A stretch of DNA of 64,000 bases from Acidobacteriota bacterium. GTDB lineage: Bacteria; Acidobacteriota; UBA890; WLXD01. The DNA lies in NCBI GenBank assembly GCA_965248695.1, contig CBDFKD010000002.1, positions 288,001 to 352,000 of the forward strand, in the 5' to 3' direction. The translations under genes and the position numbers were made by a program. Positions 30,474 to 42,061 of this stretch are shown in pieces. The notes under the pieces are model-generated. The model saw nothing but the letters and a program-made list of their open reading frames with translations, ran no database searches and was not told the DNA's origin. Positions within the stretch are counted from its first letter, which is position 1. Every line of letters starts with the position of its first letter.

Positions 30474-31136
30474 GTGTCGAACCGCACGATTACCCTTACC
30501 GACGAGCTCTACGATTACCTGCTCGACGTGTCGCTGCGCGAGCACGATCTCCTCCGGCAGCTGCGTGAGGAGACCGCGTCGCACCCGCACGCCGTGATGC
30601 AGATCTCGCCTGAGCAGGGCCAGTTCATGGCTCTGCTGGCGCGCCTCATTGGAGCCCGACGGACCCTCGAGATCGGCGTGTTCACCGGCTACAGCTCGCT
30701 CGCCGTGGCTCTGGTACTGCCACCGGGCGGGCGGATCGTCGCCTGCGATATCAACGACGAGTACACGTCGGTGGCCCGACGCTACTGGAGGGAGGCCGGC
30801 GTCGCCCACAAGATCGATCTACGCCTCGGCCCCGCAATGGAAACGCTGGATGCGCTTATCGAGGACGGTCGGCAGGCAACTTTCGACATGGCGTTCATCG
30901 ACGCCGACAAGACCGAGTACGACGCCTACTACGAGCACGCGCTGACGCTAATCCGGCAGGGCGGCCTGATCGCCATCGACAACGTTCTCTGGAGCGGCAC
31001 CGTCGCCGACCCTGGCGACTCGGACCCCGAGGTCATGGCGCTTCGCGAGCTGAACATCAAGCTGCGCGACGACGAACGCGTCCATCTGAGCATGCTGCCG
31101 CTCGGCGACGGGCTGACGCTGGCGATGAAGCGCTGA
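30474..31136 (+). CDS. SAM-dependent O-methyltransferase (caffeoyl-CoA OMT family)
   Basis: [29 protein letters not shown]. Confidence 0.9.
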   Translation: MSNRTITLTDELYDYLLDVSLREHDLLRQLREETASHPHAVMQISPEQGQFMALLARLIGARRTLEIGVFTGYSSLAVALVLPPGGRIVACDINDEYTSVARRYWREAGVAHKIDLRLGPAMETLDALIEDGRQATFDMAFIDADKTEYDAYYEHALTLIRQGGLIAIDNVLWSGTVADPGDSDPEVMALRELNIKLRDDERVHLSMLPLGDGLTLAMKR

Positions 31137-31361
31137 CAGGACGGTCGACTCCACTGCCGCGCCGTTTCCGTCGAACCCGCCGCGGTCGCGGTCAGGGTCC
31201 CTTGACAGTGGCCCCTATTGCCGAGATCCCGGACACCGAAGGCGTGCGTATCGACCTCGGCGAGATCGTCTGCAGGCTGGGGTCCTGACCGCATGACTAT
31301 TCGGTGTCTACGACCGAGATCTCATGAGTGATCTTGTTGGCCACACCGCGAGCTACCGGCA

Positions 31362-31763
31362 TTAGGGGCTCCAGATCGCAAGGGCCGTGTGCTGCGCGAT
31401 GCCGTCGAAGTCTCGGTCGGCGGTCAGCAACACTGCTTCGTGTCGGATGCACAGCTGCGCCAGCAGCGCGTCGATGGTGCCCACCTGAACTCCCTGACGG
31501 CGACAGTGATTACGGAGCCTCGCGGCGGCGATGTGGTCGTCTCGTTCCGGCGGCACGAACGGCAGCGCCGCGAACCGCCGCACGATGGCGCCTTCTGCGC
31601 TCGGGCCGTGGAAACCCTGCAATAGCTCCTGTAGCACCAGACCCGTGGTCAAGACCGTCTCGCGGGCGCGCAACGAGCGCGCCAGGTGGAAGACTTCGGG
31701 ACAGGGGTCGGCGTCCGTGCGCAGTGCCCGCGACCACACGCTGGTATCGACCAGCAGGCTCAC
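31362..31763 (-). CDS. vapC: VapC PIN-domain toxin
   Basis: LVDTSVW, QELLQG, IDALLA, DRDF. Confidence 0.88.
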   Translation of the reverse strand: MSLLVDTSVWSRALRTDADPCPEVFHLARSLRARETVLTTGLVLQELLQGFHGPSAEGAIVRRFAALPFVPPERDDHIAAARLRNHCRRQGVQVGTIDALLAQLCIRHEAVLLTADRDFDGIAQHTALAIWSP

Positions 31764-31960
31764 AAGCGATGGCGCTCGGTCTTGTAGTCGTAGTCGGCAT
31801 CCCATTGGAGGGTGCCGAACAGGTCCGCGATCCTCTCCTGCTGGTATCGCATGACGAACTCACGGAGCGCTCGGGTGACGGCGGCTTTCTTGGTGGTCTC
31901 GCCGCTCACGCGCAGCGCTTCGTTCACCAAGTCCTGATCGAGATCGAGGTTCGTGGCCAT
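31760..31960 (-). CDS. vapB: VapB antitoxin
   Basis: MATNLDLD...TKKAAV..AL.EF. Confidence 0.87.
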   Translation of the reverse strand: MATNLDLDQDLVNEALRVSGETTKKAAVTRALREFVMRYQQERIADLFGTLQWDADYDYKTERHRL

Positions 31961-32007
31961 CGTGCTCCAGGCTCCAGACGGTGATCGTATCCTGTCTCTC
32001 AAGCCAT

Positions 32008-32025
32008 TGTGTGAGTAATCACACA
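32008..32025. promoter_or_regulatory. Candidate vapBC operator
   Basis: TGTGTGA-GTAA-TCACACA. Confidence 0.55.
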
Positions 32026-32199
32026 TTATGCTACACACCCATTCTGTACAGAGACAACCCTGGGCTGGCCCGCTGAGCGAACCGGCAATAATGTAACGGC
32101 CACGACTCCAGACCGCCTCGGATTCCCGCGGAAAGTCGGCCGGAGTGTCGACACTCCGTGGTCCCCTTGCTACGTTGGTAATTCCGAAATGATCAATCT

Positions 32200-32217
32200 G
32201 TTCATTATTAACTGAAC
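32200..32217. promoter_or_regulatory. Candidate GbsR/MarR operator
   Basis: GTTCA-TTATTAAC-TGAAC just upstream of the regulator. Confidence 0.5.
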
Positions 32218-32241
32218 TAATCAGACCAGATAGATTTAGCC

Positions 32242-32721
32242 TTGACTAAAAACAAGCTGTCGGCCAAGCTGGACACGTTCGTCGAACAGGTCGGCGAAAT
32301 CTTCGCGAGCGCTGGACACCAGCGCATCGCCGGTCGGTTGTTCGGTTGGCTGTTGATTTGCGATCCGCCGCACCAGTCCGCGGCCGAGATACTGGAGGCG
32401 ACGGGAGCGAGTAAGGCCTCGGTGAGCACCAACTTGAGGCTGCTGCAGGCAGCGGGGCTGGTGAAGCGCATCGGCGTTGCGGGTGAGCGCCGCGCTTACT
32501 ACCAGATGAACATCGAGGCCTGGAGCAAGGATCTCGAGGGGCGAGTCGCCGAGATCTCCGCCATGCGGAGGGTTGCCGAAAGCGGGCTGGAGGCATTGGA
32601 AAGCGCACCGGTCGAGCGCCGCGAGCGGCTCGAAGCCATGCGCGCCTTCTACACCTTCTTCGAGAAGGAGATGCCGATGCTGCTCGAGCGCTGGGAGCAG
32701 GAGCTCGAGAGCAAGCGCTAG
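32242..32721 (+). CDS. GbsR/MarR-family transcriptional regulator
   Basis: GRLFGWLL, SKASVSTNLR winged HTH. Confidence 0.85.
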   Translation: MTKNKLSAKLDTFVEQVGEIFASAGHQRIAGRLFGWLLICDPPHQSAAEILEATGASKASVSTNLRLLQAAGLVKRIGVAGERRAYYQMNIEAWSKDLEGRVAEISAMRRVAESGLEALESAPVERRERLEAMRAFYTFFEKEMPMLLERWEQELESKR

Positions 32722-32773
32722 CACGCTCGGGTGACCTGGCGCCCGGCGGACGAGCTCCGTCGGAAACGACGTC

Positions 32774-35182
32774 ATGGCGACAGTAGGACACGACATCAGA
32801 GTCGGGCTGCGGGGGCTGCGCCGCGACTGGCTGGTCAACCTGATCGCGGGAGCATCGCTGGCAATCGCGCTGGCCGCCAACACCGCTGTCTTCTCGCTGG
32901 TCAACGCCATTCTGTATCGACCGCTCCCCTACCCGGCGCCGGAGCGCATCGTCCTGATGGGCGAGCGCGAAGTCGGGGCGCCGCAGACGCTCACCGCCTC
33001 GGCGGCCAACTTCCGGGACTTGGATGAGCGCAACCGCGCCTTCGGCGACCTGGCCGGGTTCCAGCCGGGCCAGGCGACGATCGGCCTTGGCGATCGCCCG
33101 GTCACCGCACCTTCGGCGCGCGTGTCGCCCGCCTTCCTCGAGATCCTCGGCGCTACCCCGCGACAGGGGCGTACCTTCACCAGCCAGGAAGGCGCCCTGG
33201 GCGCGCATCGGGTAGCCCTGGTGACCGACGAGCTGATCGCTACTCGCCTACCTGAGCTCACGGATCCGGTCGGCGCCCAGGTGCTCATCAACAACGAGCA
33301 GCACACCATCGTCGGGGTGCTGCCCAAGGACTTCGAGTTCCTCCTGCCCGGCATTCAGATCTGGCTGCCGCTGGCCCTCGACCCTGCAGCCATCTCGCGC
33401 GACGAGCGCACCATGTTCGTTCTCGGCCGCCTGCGCGACGAGATCACCATGGAGCAGGCGAAGGAGGACATGCAGCGCGTCTGGGACGAGCTCGTCGCCG
33501 AGTACCCCGAGTCCAACCAGGGCTACATGATCGACGTGCTCAACTTCCGCCACGAGATTCCCAACGCGCAGGGGCGCCAGCTCTTCGCCCTCATGCAAGG
33601 GGCGGTGTTTTTCGTGTTGCTGATCGCCTGCGTCAACATCGCCAACTTGCTGTCGGCGCGCGGCTATCGACGCCAGCGCGAGGTGGCGCTGCGTGTGGTG
33701 CTCGGGGCGGGCAAGTTTCATATTCTGCGCCAGCTGCTGGTGGAGAGCTCCATGCTCGCCGCGCTCGCCGGCGGATTCGGGTTGGCGCTGGCAATCGCCA
33801 GCGTACGGCTCATGGGTACCGCCTTCGCCGGCGTGACTCCGGGTGCCTACATTCCGGTGGTAGACGCGACCGTGCTGATCTTCTCGCTGGGCGTCACGGT
33901 GGCGGCCGGCCTGCTGTTCGGGCTCATCCCGGCAACCCAGACGCTGCGCTTCGATCTCGCGGCGACAATGAAGGAAGGCGGTTGGGGCACCGCGGGCAAC
34001 GTACGCAAGAAGTTCCTGTCGCGGGGCCTGGTGGTGACGGAGATCGCGCTCTCGATGGTGCTCCTCGCCGGCGCCAGCATGATGGTGGAGGGCTTCGTGG
34101 GACTGCGCGACGCCGATCCGGGCTTCGACAAGACCAACCTCCTGACCGTGCCGATCAGCCTGCCGATCGACGGTGTCGAGCCGCGCCTCAACATGGTTCG
34201 CGAGCTGCAGGCGACCGCTGCCGGTACGCCCGGTGTGCGCGAGGCGACCGTGGCCAGCGCGTTGCCGCTGAACATGTTCGCCGCCAGCGACGCCTTCCTG
34301 CTCGAGGGACGGCCGGTCGACCCGGGCCAGTCGCGACCACGCGCGCTGTGGGCGGCGACGCCGCCCGACTATCTCGACCGGCTCCGAATACCGCTGGTGC
34401 GGGGCCGGTTCTTCAACGACGCCGATCGAATGGACTCAACTCCGGTGGCGGTCGTCAACGAGACACTGGCCGGCCGGTTCTGGCCCGATGGCGGGGCGCT
34501 CGGGGCACGCATCGAGTTCCGTGGCGAAACGCGCGAGATCGTCGGCGTCGTGGGCGATACGCGGCAATCACTGATTGCCACCGATGCCGCCACACCGGGG
34601 GCCGAGAGCGTCATCTTCATGCCGCTGGCGCAGCGCATCGGCGGCAGCGTCTTCCTGGTGGTGCGCACGATCGACGATGGCCACACTGCGGACACCGAGT
34701 TGCGGCAGGCGCTGCAGGCGGTTCACTCACAGCTCGGCGTCGGACGCATGGAGACGCTCGATGAGATCCTCGACCGGGCGTTCGTCGGCATCGACTTCAT
34801 GAACGGCCTTTTCTCGGGCTTCGGCTATCTGGCGCTACTACTCGCGGCGATCGGTACCTATGGCGTGCTGGCGTATAACGTGGCGCAGCGCGGCCAGGAG
34901 ATCGGCCTGCGGGTGGCGATCGGGGCGCGCGAGGCCGACGTCGTTCGCATGATCACCCGTCAAGGCGTCACGCTCGCCCTCATCGGCGTGCTCATCGGCG
35001 CCCCGTTCATCTTCATGCTCATCCAGGTGCTGAACTCCGTGCTTCAGGATCTGGGCACTGTGGACCCGATGACCGGTGCATTCGTGGGACTCGTATTGCT
35101 CGCCACCACCGCCGTCGCCAGCCTGATTCCGGCGCTGCGAGCCGCAAAGATGGACCCGGTGAACGCCCTGCGTCTCGACTGA
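32774..35182 (+). CDS. ADOP-type duplicated ABC permease (MacB/FtsX)
   Basis: LLIACVNIANL, YGVLAY, EIGLRVAIGA, DPVNALR. Confidence 0.9.
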   Translation: MATVGHDIRVGLRGLRRDWLVNLIAGASLAIALAANTAVFSLVNAILYRPLPYPAPERIVLMGEREVGAPQTLTASAANFRDLDERNRAFGDLAGFQPGQATIGLGDRPVTAPSARVSPAFLEILGATPRQGRTFTSQEGALGAHRVALVTDELIATRLPELTDPVGAQVLINNEQHTIVGVLPKDFEFLLPGIQIWLPLALDPAAISRDERTMFVLGRLRDEITMEQAKEDMQRVWDELVAEYPESNQGYMIDVLNFRHEIPNAQGRQLFALMQGAVFFVLLIACVNIANLLSARGYRRQREVALRVVLGAGKFHILRQLLVESSMLAALAGGFGLALAIASVRLMGTAFAGVTPGAYIPVVDATVLIFSLGVTVAAGLLFGLIPATQTLRFDLAATMKEGGWGTAGNVRKKFLSRGLVVTEIALSMVLLAGASMMVEGFVGLRDADPGFDKTNLLTVPISLPIDGVEPRLNMVRELQATAAGTPGVREATVASALPLNMFAASDAFLLEGRPVDPGQSRPRALWAATPPDYLDRLRIPLVRGRFFNDADRMDSTPVAVVNETLAGRFWPDGGALGARIEFRGETREIVGVVGDTRQSLIATDAATPGAESVIFMPLAQRIGGSVFLVVRTIDDGHTADTELRQALQAVHSQLGVGRMETLDEILDRAFVGIDFMNGLFSGFGYLALLLAAIGTYGVLAYNVAQRGQEIGLRVAIGAREADVVRMITRQGVTLALIGVLIGAPFIFMLIQVLNSVLQDLGTVDPMTGAFVGLVLLATTAVASLIPALRAAKMDPVNALRLD

Positions 35183-35200
35183 CAGCGGGCTATCAGCGAA

Positions 35201-36316
35201 TCAGGAGCCGTCCAGCACACCGGGAAGCGGAGGCGCTGCCGCCGGAACCTCGGCGCCGTAGTCGGCACCCAGGAGTGCGGCGACCGTGGCCGCTACCTGC
35301 CCCTGGCTCACCGTCTCGATGTCGGCTCGCTGTCCGAGTGACGGAGTATCCGGGCCGAGCACGGCAATCCAAACGAACTCGGCGCCGACCACATCGACAC
35401 CGTGGGCTCGCCAACCGTCGGGAGCTCCACCGCGTCCATGGTCGGTGGTCACCACCAGCGAGGTCTTGCCGGCGTAGGCGGGCATCGACTGCAGCGTCTC
35501 CCACAGGCGACGCAAGAGCTCGTCCGACCGGTGCGCGGCGTTTAGGTAGTCGTCGTAGCGACGGGCATGCGCCGCCGCGTCGGTCTCGTCGAATGAGATG
35601 TACAGAACACGGGGCTGACGCTTGACCAGGTGCTCCATAGCAGCATGAAACGTGAACCCGTCCAGACGGACATCGGTCGGATGGGGCGTGACGGCCATCA
35701 GATCATTGAGCATCTGCTCGCGCGCCGTCAACGGGTGATCGTCGAGCGGCTCCCAGCCGGAGTTCACCGGGATCCCCGAGCGCTCCTCGTTGAGGATGTA
35801 GGGGAACACCTCCCAGGCAGTGAACGCCGCCACGCGGCCGCGCAGCCCGGCACGGCCGGCGAGCCATTCGAGCACCGTCACGTTCGGATTGGGGACCTTG
35901 TCATTGCTGTCGATGCGATCGTCCGGGAAACCGGTGAGCATCTCGTTGTAGCCCGGGTACGAGAAGACCATTCCGTTGGTCACCACGGCGTCGCTGCCGA
36001 GGTGCCGGTTTCCGAACACCTGTCCGTCCGCGGCAACGACGCTCCAGAAGAACGGCATCAGCGATTGCCGCCGGGCCTCGGGGGTGTCGCGCCAGAACGC
36101 CTGCCGCAGCCCCCCGAGCGCAGTGACCCCACCGGCACGCTCGTCCATCAGCGCCTCGTCGGCCCCGCTGAAGACCTCTTCCCAACGCAGTCCGTCGAGA
36201 GAGACGAGGATCACGTTCTCCGTGTGCGTCTGATTCTGGGCCAGGGCAATGGCGGCGCAGACGCCTATCAGGACAACAGAGGCAACGAGGCTTCGATGGA
36301 CTGTAGTCGTAGTCAT
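35201..36316 (-). CDS. Alkaline phosphatase superfamily metalloenzyme
   Basis: SLDGLRW, FSYPGY, ETD..AH, TTDHGRG. Confidence 0.85.
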   Translation of the reverse strand: MTTTTVHRSLVASVVLIGVCAAIALAQNQTHTENVILVSLDGLRWEEVFSGADEALMDERAGGVTALGGLRQAFWRDTPEARRQSLMPFFWSVVAADGQVFGNRHLGSDAVVTNGMVFSYPGYNEMLTGFPDDRIDSNDKVPNPNVTVLEWLAGRAGLRGRVAAFTAWEVFPYILNEERSGIPVNSGWEPLDDHPLTAREQMLNDLMAVTPHPTDVRLDGFTFHAAMEHLVKRQPRVLYISFDETDAAAHARRYDDYLNAAHRSDELLRRLWETLQSMPAYAGKTSLVVTTDHGRGGAPDGWRAHGVDVVGAEFVWIAVLGPDTPSLGQRADIETVSQGQVAATVAALLGADYGAEVPAAAPPLPGVLDGS

Positions 36317-36510
36317 GGGTCCAGGACTCGCTGGGATCGGGGCGGCGCATCAGACCGGCAACAGCAGCCGTTCAAGAGCGGCAGCCTGTCCGACGCGACC
36401 CGCAGAGTCAAAGGCAGTGTTTCAGGCTCGCTGGAGAGGACCCGGGGGCCGAGATACGATGCAGCCGGCACGAGCACAGCAGCCTTTCTTCGGATGCAGG
36501 GAGCGCGACA

Positions 36511-37581
36511 ATGCGACGACGTACGAGCTGGGCACGTCGCTCAGGCACCGCGATTGTGGTCCTTATCCTGACGTTGATCACCACCACCGGCGATGCGCAG
36601 GATGCTTTTCCTGCCGATCCCGGGATGCGCGACGCGGCGCGCGGACTGCTCAGCGCATCGGAGGGCGACCGGCGTGGCTGGGGCATCACCGGGTTCCAGG
36701 ACGAGGAACGCTTCAACTGGGCCTACACCCCGGTGCCGCGCCAGGGGTTCCCGCTGCGGGAGATGACCGAGGCAGAGCGCGAATTCACCTGGGAGCTGGT
36801 CGCCGCGGGGCTCGGCGAGCGCGGCTTGCAGCAGGCCCAGGACATCATCCGGCTCGAGGAGGTGCTGTACGAGCGCTCCGAGCAGTCGGATTTCCGCGAC
36901 CCCGAGAACTACCTGATCTCGGTGTTCGGCGGTCCCGGGAGCCTCGGCACCTGGGGCTGGCGGTTCGAGGGACATCATCTGTCGATCAACTTCACGCTGC
37001 TCGATGGTCGGGTGATCGGAACCACCCCGGCGTTCTTCGGCGGCAACCCGGGCTACGTCGGTGAAGGGCTGCATTCAGGATTGAGACCGTTCGCCGAGGA
37101 GGAGGATCGCGCTCGGTTGTTTCTCCAAAACCTCGACGCGGCACAACGGCGGACGGCGGTTTTCTCCGACACGGCACCGGAGGACGTGCTCACCAGCAAC
37201 TCCAAGCTCGCCAGCCGCCCGACCAGCGCAGGCATCCAGCACGATCAGCTCACCAAGCCGCAGCAGGAAGCGCTCTGGAGCTTGCTGGAGTTGTACGCCG
37301 CGCGACTGGAGACATCGCTGGCAGCCAGCGAGCTGGCGGAAGTGCGCGCCGGCGGGCTCGACGAGCTGCGATTCGCATGGGCCGGCGGCGGCGAGGCGGG
37401 TGAGCCGCACTACTACCGCATTCAAGGTCCGACGTTCGTGGTCGAGTACGACAACACCCAGAACGACGCCAACCACGTCCACACGGTATGGCGGAACTTC
37501 GAGCGCGACTTCGGACGCGACCCGCTGCGGGAACACCTCGCTGCGGCGCATCAGGCTGGCAACCCACACACGCATCGCTGA
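36511..37581 (+). CDS. DUF3500 family protein
   Basis: WRFEGHHLS, HYYRIQGP, NHVHTVWR. Confidence 0.87.
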   Translation: MRRRTSWARRSGTAIVVLILTLITTTGDAQDAFPADPGMRDAARGLLSASEGDRRGWGITGFQDEERFNWAYTPVPRQGFPLREMTEAEREFTWELVAAGLGERGLQQAQDIIRLEEVLYERSEQSDFRDPENYLISVFGGPGSLGTWGWRFEGHHLSINFTLLDGRVIGTTPAFFGGNPGYVGEGLHSGLRPFAEEEDRARLFLQNLDAAQRRTAVFSDTAPEDVLTSNSKLASRPTSAGIQHDQLTKPQQEALWSLLELYAARLETSLAASELAEVRAGGLDELRFAWAGGGEAGEPHYYRIQGPTFVVEYDNTQNDANHVHTVWRNFERDFGRDPLREHLAAAHQAGNPHTHR

Positions 37582-39007
37582 TCGCGGCCGCGTGCAGATC
37601 ACGCGGCCCGAAACCGATCGGTAGCGGGGCCGTAGGAACCTACGAGCGCTAGACTGGTGTCACCCCCCGTGCGCTCCCTGGAGTGGACCATGGAACGGCT
37701 CTGGAAGGACATCAATTTCGGCCTCCGCATGCTCGTCAAGAGCCCCGGGCTAACGCTGGCCGCGATCGGCTCGTTGGCGCTCGGCATCGGCGCCAACACC
37801 GCGATCTTCACGGTGGTGAACGGCATCTTCTTCCCGCCGCTGCCGATCGAGGACGCATCAGGCGTCTTCAGCTTGTTCACGCTCGACGAGAAGAACCCGG
37901 GGTTCCACGGCGTCTCCTACCCCAACTTCGAGGACTACCGCGATCGGCAGACGGCGCTCGACGAGATTGCCGCCTACCAGTTCGCGCCCATGAGCTACCG
38001 CCGCGAGGACGGCGGCGGCGACGCCACCATCGGGCTGTTAGTCACCGGCAACTACTTCGATCTGTTACGCGTACAGATGCTCCAGGGGCGGTCCTTCGTG
38101 CCGGAGGAAGACCGCACGCCGGGGTCCCATCCCGTCGCCGTAGTGAGCCACGGGTTTTGGCAGCGGCGTACGGCCGGCGATCCGGATCTACTCGGCAAGA
38201 CGATCTTCATCAACCGCGTCGCGTTGACCGTTATCGGCATCGCACCGCCGGATTTCACAGGCACCGACATCGGCATCGCTCCCGAGATCTGGATGCCGAT
38301 GATGATGTACGAGCGCATCTCGACGCAGCCCGGATGGATCGACCTGCGGCGCGGCTTGATCAACAGCGTTCTCGGTCGCCTGGAGACCGGCACCACGCTC
38401 GCCAGCGCCCAGGAGGAGTTCGACGCGATATCGGCGCATCTCGCGTCGGAGCACCCGAACGACAACGCGGGACGGCGCCTGACCCTGATCCCTACGCTGC
38501 AGGCACGCGTGAACCCCAATGTGCGCGACAACTTCGTCCAGGCGCTCGGTTTGATGGTCTTCGTCGTCGGCCTGGTGCTGCTGATCGCCTGCGCCAACGT
38601 CGCCAACCTGTTGCTGTCACGCGCCACCGGTCGCCGTCAGAAGGTGGCGATCAAGCTGGCACTGGGCTCCAGCACCGGCCGTCTGGTGCGTCAACTGCTG
38701 ACCGAGAGCGTTCTGTTGGCGCTCGTGGGTGCCGCATTCGGCCTGCTGGTGGCACGGTGGACCACGGGGCTGCTGGTGCGGTCCATTCCGCCTACCCCGT
38801 TCCCGATCGCGCTGTCGTTCGATCTGAATGGATCGGTGCTCCTCATCACGCTCGGCATCGCCGTCGCTACGGGCCTCGTCTTCGGATTGGCACCGGCGCT
38901 GCAGGCGATGCGGGCCGATGTTCTGGGCGCGCTCAAGAACGAGACTTCCGGCTCGATGGAGCGCCGACCGCCGCTTCGGCCTGCGCAATCTTTTGGCGGT
39001 TATGCAC

Positions 39008-39036
39008 TTGACAAAGGTACCACGAGGGCCTAGTAT
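39008..39036 (+). promoter_or_regulatory. Sigma70-type promoter of the IS1595 transposase
   Basis: TTGACA-N17-TAGTAT; the -35 box lies inside the left IR. Confidence 0.75.
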
Positions 39037-39045
39037 GTCCTCATC

Positions 39046-40036
39046 ATGAGCAAGAAAACAACTTCAAAGCACGCGACGCCGAAGACACCACAGGATCTGA
39101 CGCTTGAGCAGATCATTCAGCACTTCTCTACCGACGCCCGAGCCAGGGAGTACCTGGAGGCCGTTCGGTGGCCCGAAGGCCCCTTCTGTCCACATTGCGG
39201 CAACGCCGACTCGGATCGCGTCTACCCGATCAAGGCAAACCCCGAAAAGAAGGTCAGGCCGGGCCTGTACGAGTGCGCCGAGTGCAAGAAGCAGTTCACG
39301 GTTACGGTAGGCACTGTTTTCGAGCGGTCCAAGGTTCCGCTGCGCAAGTGGCTCGTTGCTTGGTACCTTCTCTGTTCGTCCAAGAAAGGGTACTCTGCCG
39401 CCCAACTCCAGCGAGCCCTAGAGCTAGGTAGCTACCGGACTGCATGGTTCATGCTTCATCGGATCAGGTATGCCTTGCGGCACCCCGTGTTCGCCGACAA
39501 GCTCGGCGGGCGTGGCGATGGTGGCGTTGTAGAGGCTGACGAAACCTGGATCGGCGGAGTAAGGCGCGGCAAGGGGCGCGCTTACACCGGCAACAAGACA
39601 GCGGTTGTCAGCGTCGTCGAGCGCGGCGGACGAGTACGGTCATTCCCGGTCAAGCGGGTGACGGGCGAGAACCTGAGCCGCACACTTCACGGGCAGGTTC
39701 ATCCACAAGCCACTCTAATCACCGACGAGCATCGCGGCTACATTGCCCCAGGTCGGCAGTTCCGTGCGCACCAGACCGTCAATCACTCGCAGCGAGAGTA
39801 CGTTCGCGGATCAGTGCACACGAATACGGTTGAGGGGTTCTTTGGCAACCTCAAGCGCGGGATCAACGGTATCTATCACCATGTCGGCAGCCACTATCTG
39901 GCGCAGTATCTAGGTGAGTTCGACTTCCGCTACAACACCAGGCGGCTGACTGACGGAACAGCGCACGATAGCCGGGCTCCAGCAAGTCGACGGCAAGCGA
40001 CTGATGCTCCGGCCGCCGAAGGCCGCCCGCGGCTAG
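39046..40036 (+). CDS. IS1595 transposase, with one extra base near 39957
   Basis: Zn ribbon CPHCG..CAEC, VEADET, TDE, NHS, HTNTVEGFF, EFDFRYN; shifted frame gives GKRL and TAG at 40034-40036. Confidence 0.88.
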
Positions 40037-40801
40037 ATGCCAGCCCGCGAAGTCACCGCCCTGATCGTCCCCCAGGGCAAGATTCTCGACTTCATAGACG
40101 GCAAGCTCCGCAAGGAAACCCCGGAAGAGTACGTCCGCCAAGAGATCGAGAAGTCTCTGGTCCGCGAATACAAGTACCCGCGAGACGAGATCGCGGTGGA
40201 GTTCCGCGTTCGTCTGGGTCGCGCTCCGAAGCGCGCCGACCTCGCAGTGTTTCCAGAGGGCGAGCCGCACAAGCAAGAGAACGTGTTCGCCATCGTCGAA
40301 TGCAAAGCGGCGAACATTTCTCCGAACCATCGCAAGGAAGGCGTCGATCAGCTCAAGAGCTATCTTGCCGCCTGCGTCAACGCTGTCTTCGGGATGTGGA
40401 CGAACGGGCAGGAGAGGTTCTGCTATCGCAAGATCCAGGAAGACAGCAAGATAGCTTTCGCCGAGATTCCAGACATACCGGTCAAAGGCAAATCCATAGA
40501 CGAGGTCGAAAGACCAACTTTCGACGCGCTACGCCCCGCCACCAGCGATTCTCTCCTGTTCACGTTCCGACGATGCCACAATTATATTGCCGGCAACCAA
40601 GGACTCCAGAAGCCCGAAGCCTTCTGGGAGCTGTTGAAGCTGATCTTCTGCAAGATCGAAGACGAACGCTCCAGCGAGATCGACTTTTACACGAGCACTC
40701 CGGGGCGTCAGAGCCTCAACGGCCAACTAAAGGTGAAGGCACGTATCGAGAAGATATTCGCGCGCGTCCGCACGAAATACTCGACGATCTTCAAGCCACA
40801 C

Positions 40802-42061
40802 TGACCTGACCCCCGAAAACGGATCCGGATGTAATCTCACGATCTGGGTCAAGAACGGGAGGTCAGAATGCCGAGTAAGAGGCACAGCGCCGAGCAGATC
40901 GTACGCAAGCTCCGGGAGGCTGAGGTGGAGCTGGCTCGAGGGGCGACGGTCAAGGATGCCTGCCGCAAGCTAGCAATCACCGAGCACACCTACTACCGGT
41001 GGCGGCGAGAGTACGGCGGACTGAAGCTCAACCAGGCCAGAAAGCTCAAGCAACTGGAGAAGGAGAATGCCCGGCTCAAGAGGCTGGTGGCGGAAAAGGA
41101 ACTCGACCTGTCGATCCTGAAGGAAGTGGCGGAGGGAAACTTCTGAGCCCAGCTCGGCGGCGAGAGGCGGTGGCACATGTACGGGGGCGGCTGGGCGTCT
41201 CGGAGAGGCGGGCGTGTCGGGTACTGAAACAACCACGCACGACACACCGGTACGTGCCAAGAGAGCCGCAACAGGAGCAGATTTTGACGGAGCGGATCGT
41301 GGATTTAGCCCGACAGTACGGGCGCTACGGATATCGGAGGGTGACAGCGTTGCTGCGCATGGAGGGCTGGTCCGTGAACCACAAACGAGTGCAGCGTATC
41401 TGGCGGCGCGAAGGGCTGAAAGTACCGAGAAAACAGCCCAAACGAGCACGGCTGTGGCTGAGCGATGGCTCCTGCATCCGGCTGCGCCCACAGCACCGGG
41501 ATCATGTCTGGGCGTATGACTTCCTGCACCACCGGACGCACGACGGTCGGGCTATGAGGCTGCTGACGATCGTCGATGAGTACACACGAGAAAGCCTGGC
41601 GATCCATGTAGCACGGAAGCTCAACTCTGAGGACGTGCTGGAGCAGCTCGGGAGGTTGTTCGTACACCGGGGCATACCTGAGCACATCCGGTCGGATAAC
41701 GGACCAGAGTTCACCGCCGAGGCGGTTCGCGACTGGCTGGGCCGGTTGGGCGTGGGGACGCTGTTCATCGAGCCGGGCTCGCCGTGGGAGAACGGTTACG
41801 TGGAGAGCTTCAACGGCAAGCTACGCGACGAGCTGCTGGATGGAGAGATCTTCTACACGCTCAAGGAGGCAAAGGTTCTGATCGAGAGATGGCGTCAGCA
41901 CTACAACCGCATGCGACCGCACAGCTCGCTGAGCTATCGGCCGCCCGCACCCGAAGCGACGTTGTTGAAGCCGGCTGCGCTCCGCTTCGCCGGCCTCAAC
42001 AACCTCTTGTCAGCACCGAGTTACTGAGATAAGACATGGTACTAACCGCGGGGTCAGGTCA
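40802..42061 (+). mobile_element. IS3-family element copy 2 (orfA 40868-41146, orfB to 42027), 4-bp TSD ACAC
   Basis: Same sequence as 4548-5807; TSD at 40798-40801 and 42062-42065. Confidence 0.95.

Noticed and set aside
39046-40809. 587-aa transposase fusion
   Set aside because: An artefact of one extra base near 39957; the true end is TAG at 40036
4548-42061. Composite transposon bounded by the two IS3 (or two IS256) copies
   Set aside because: The outer flanks do not match, and the right-hand copies each have their own TSD
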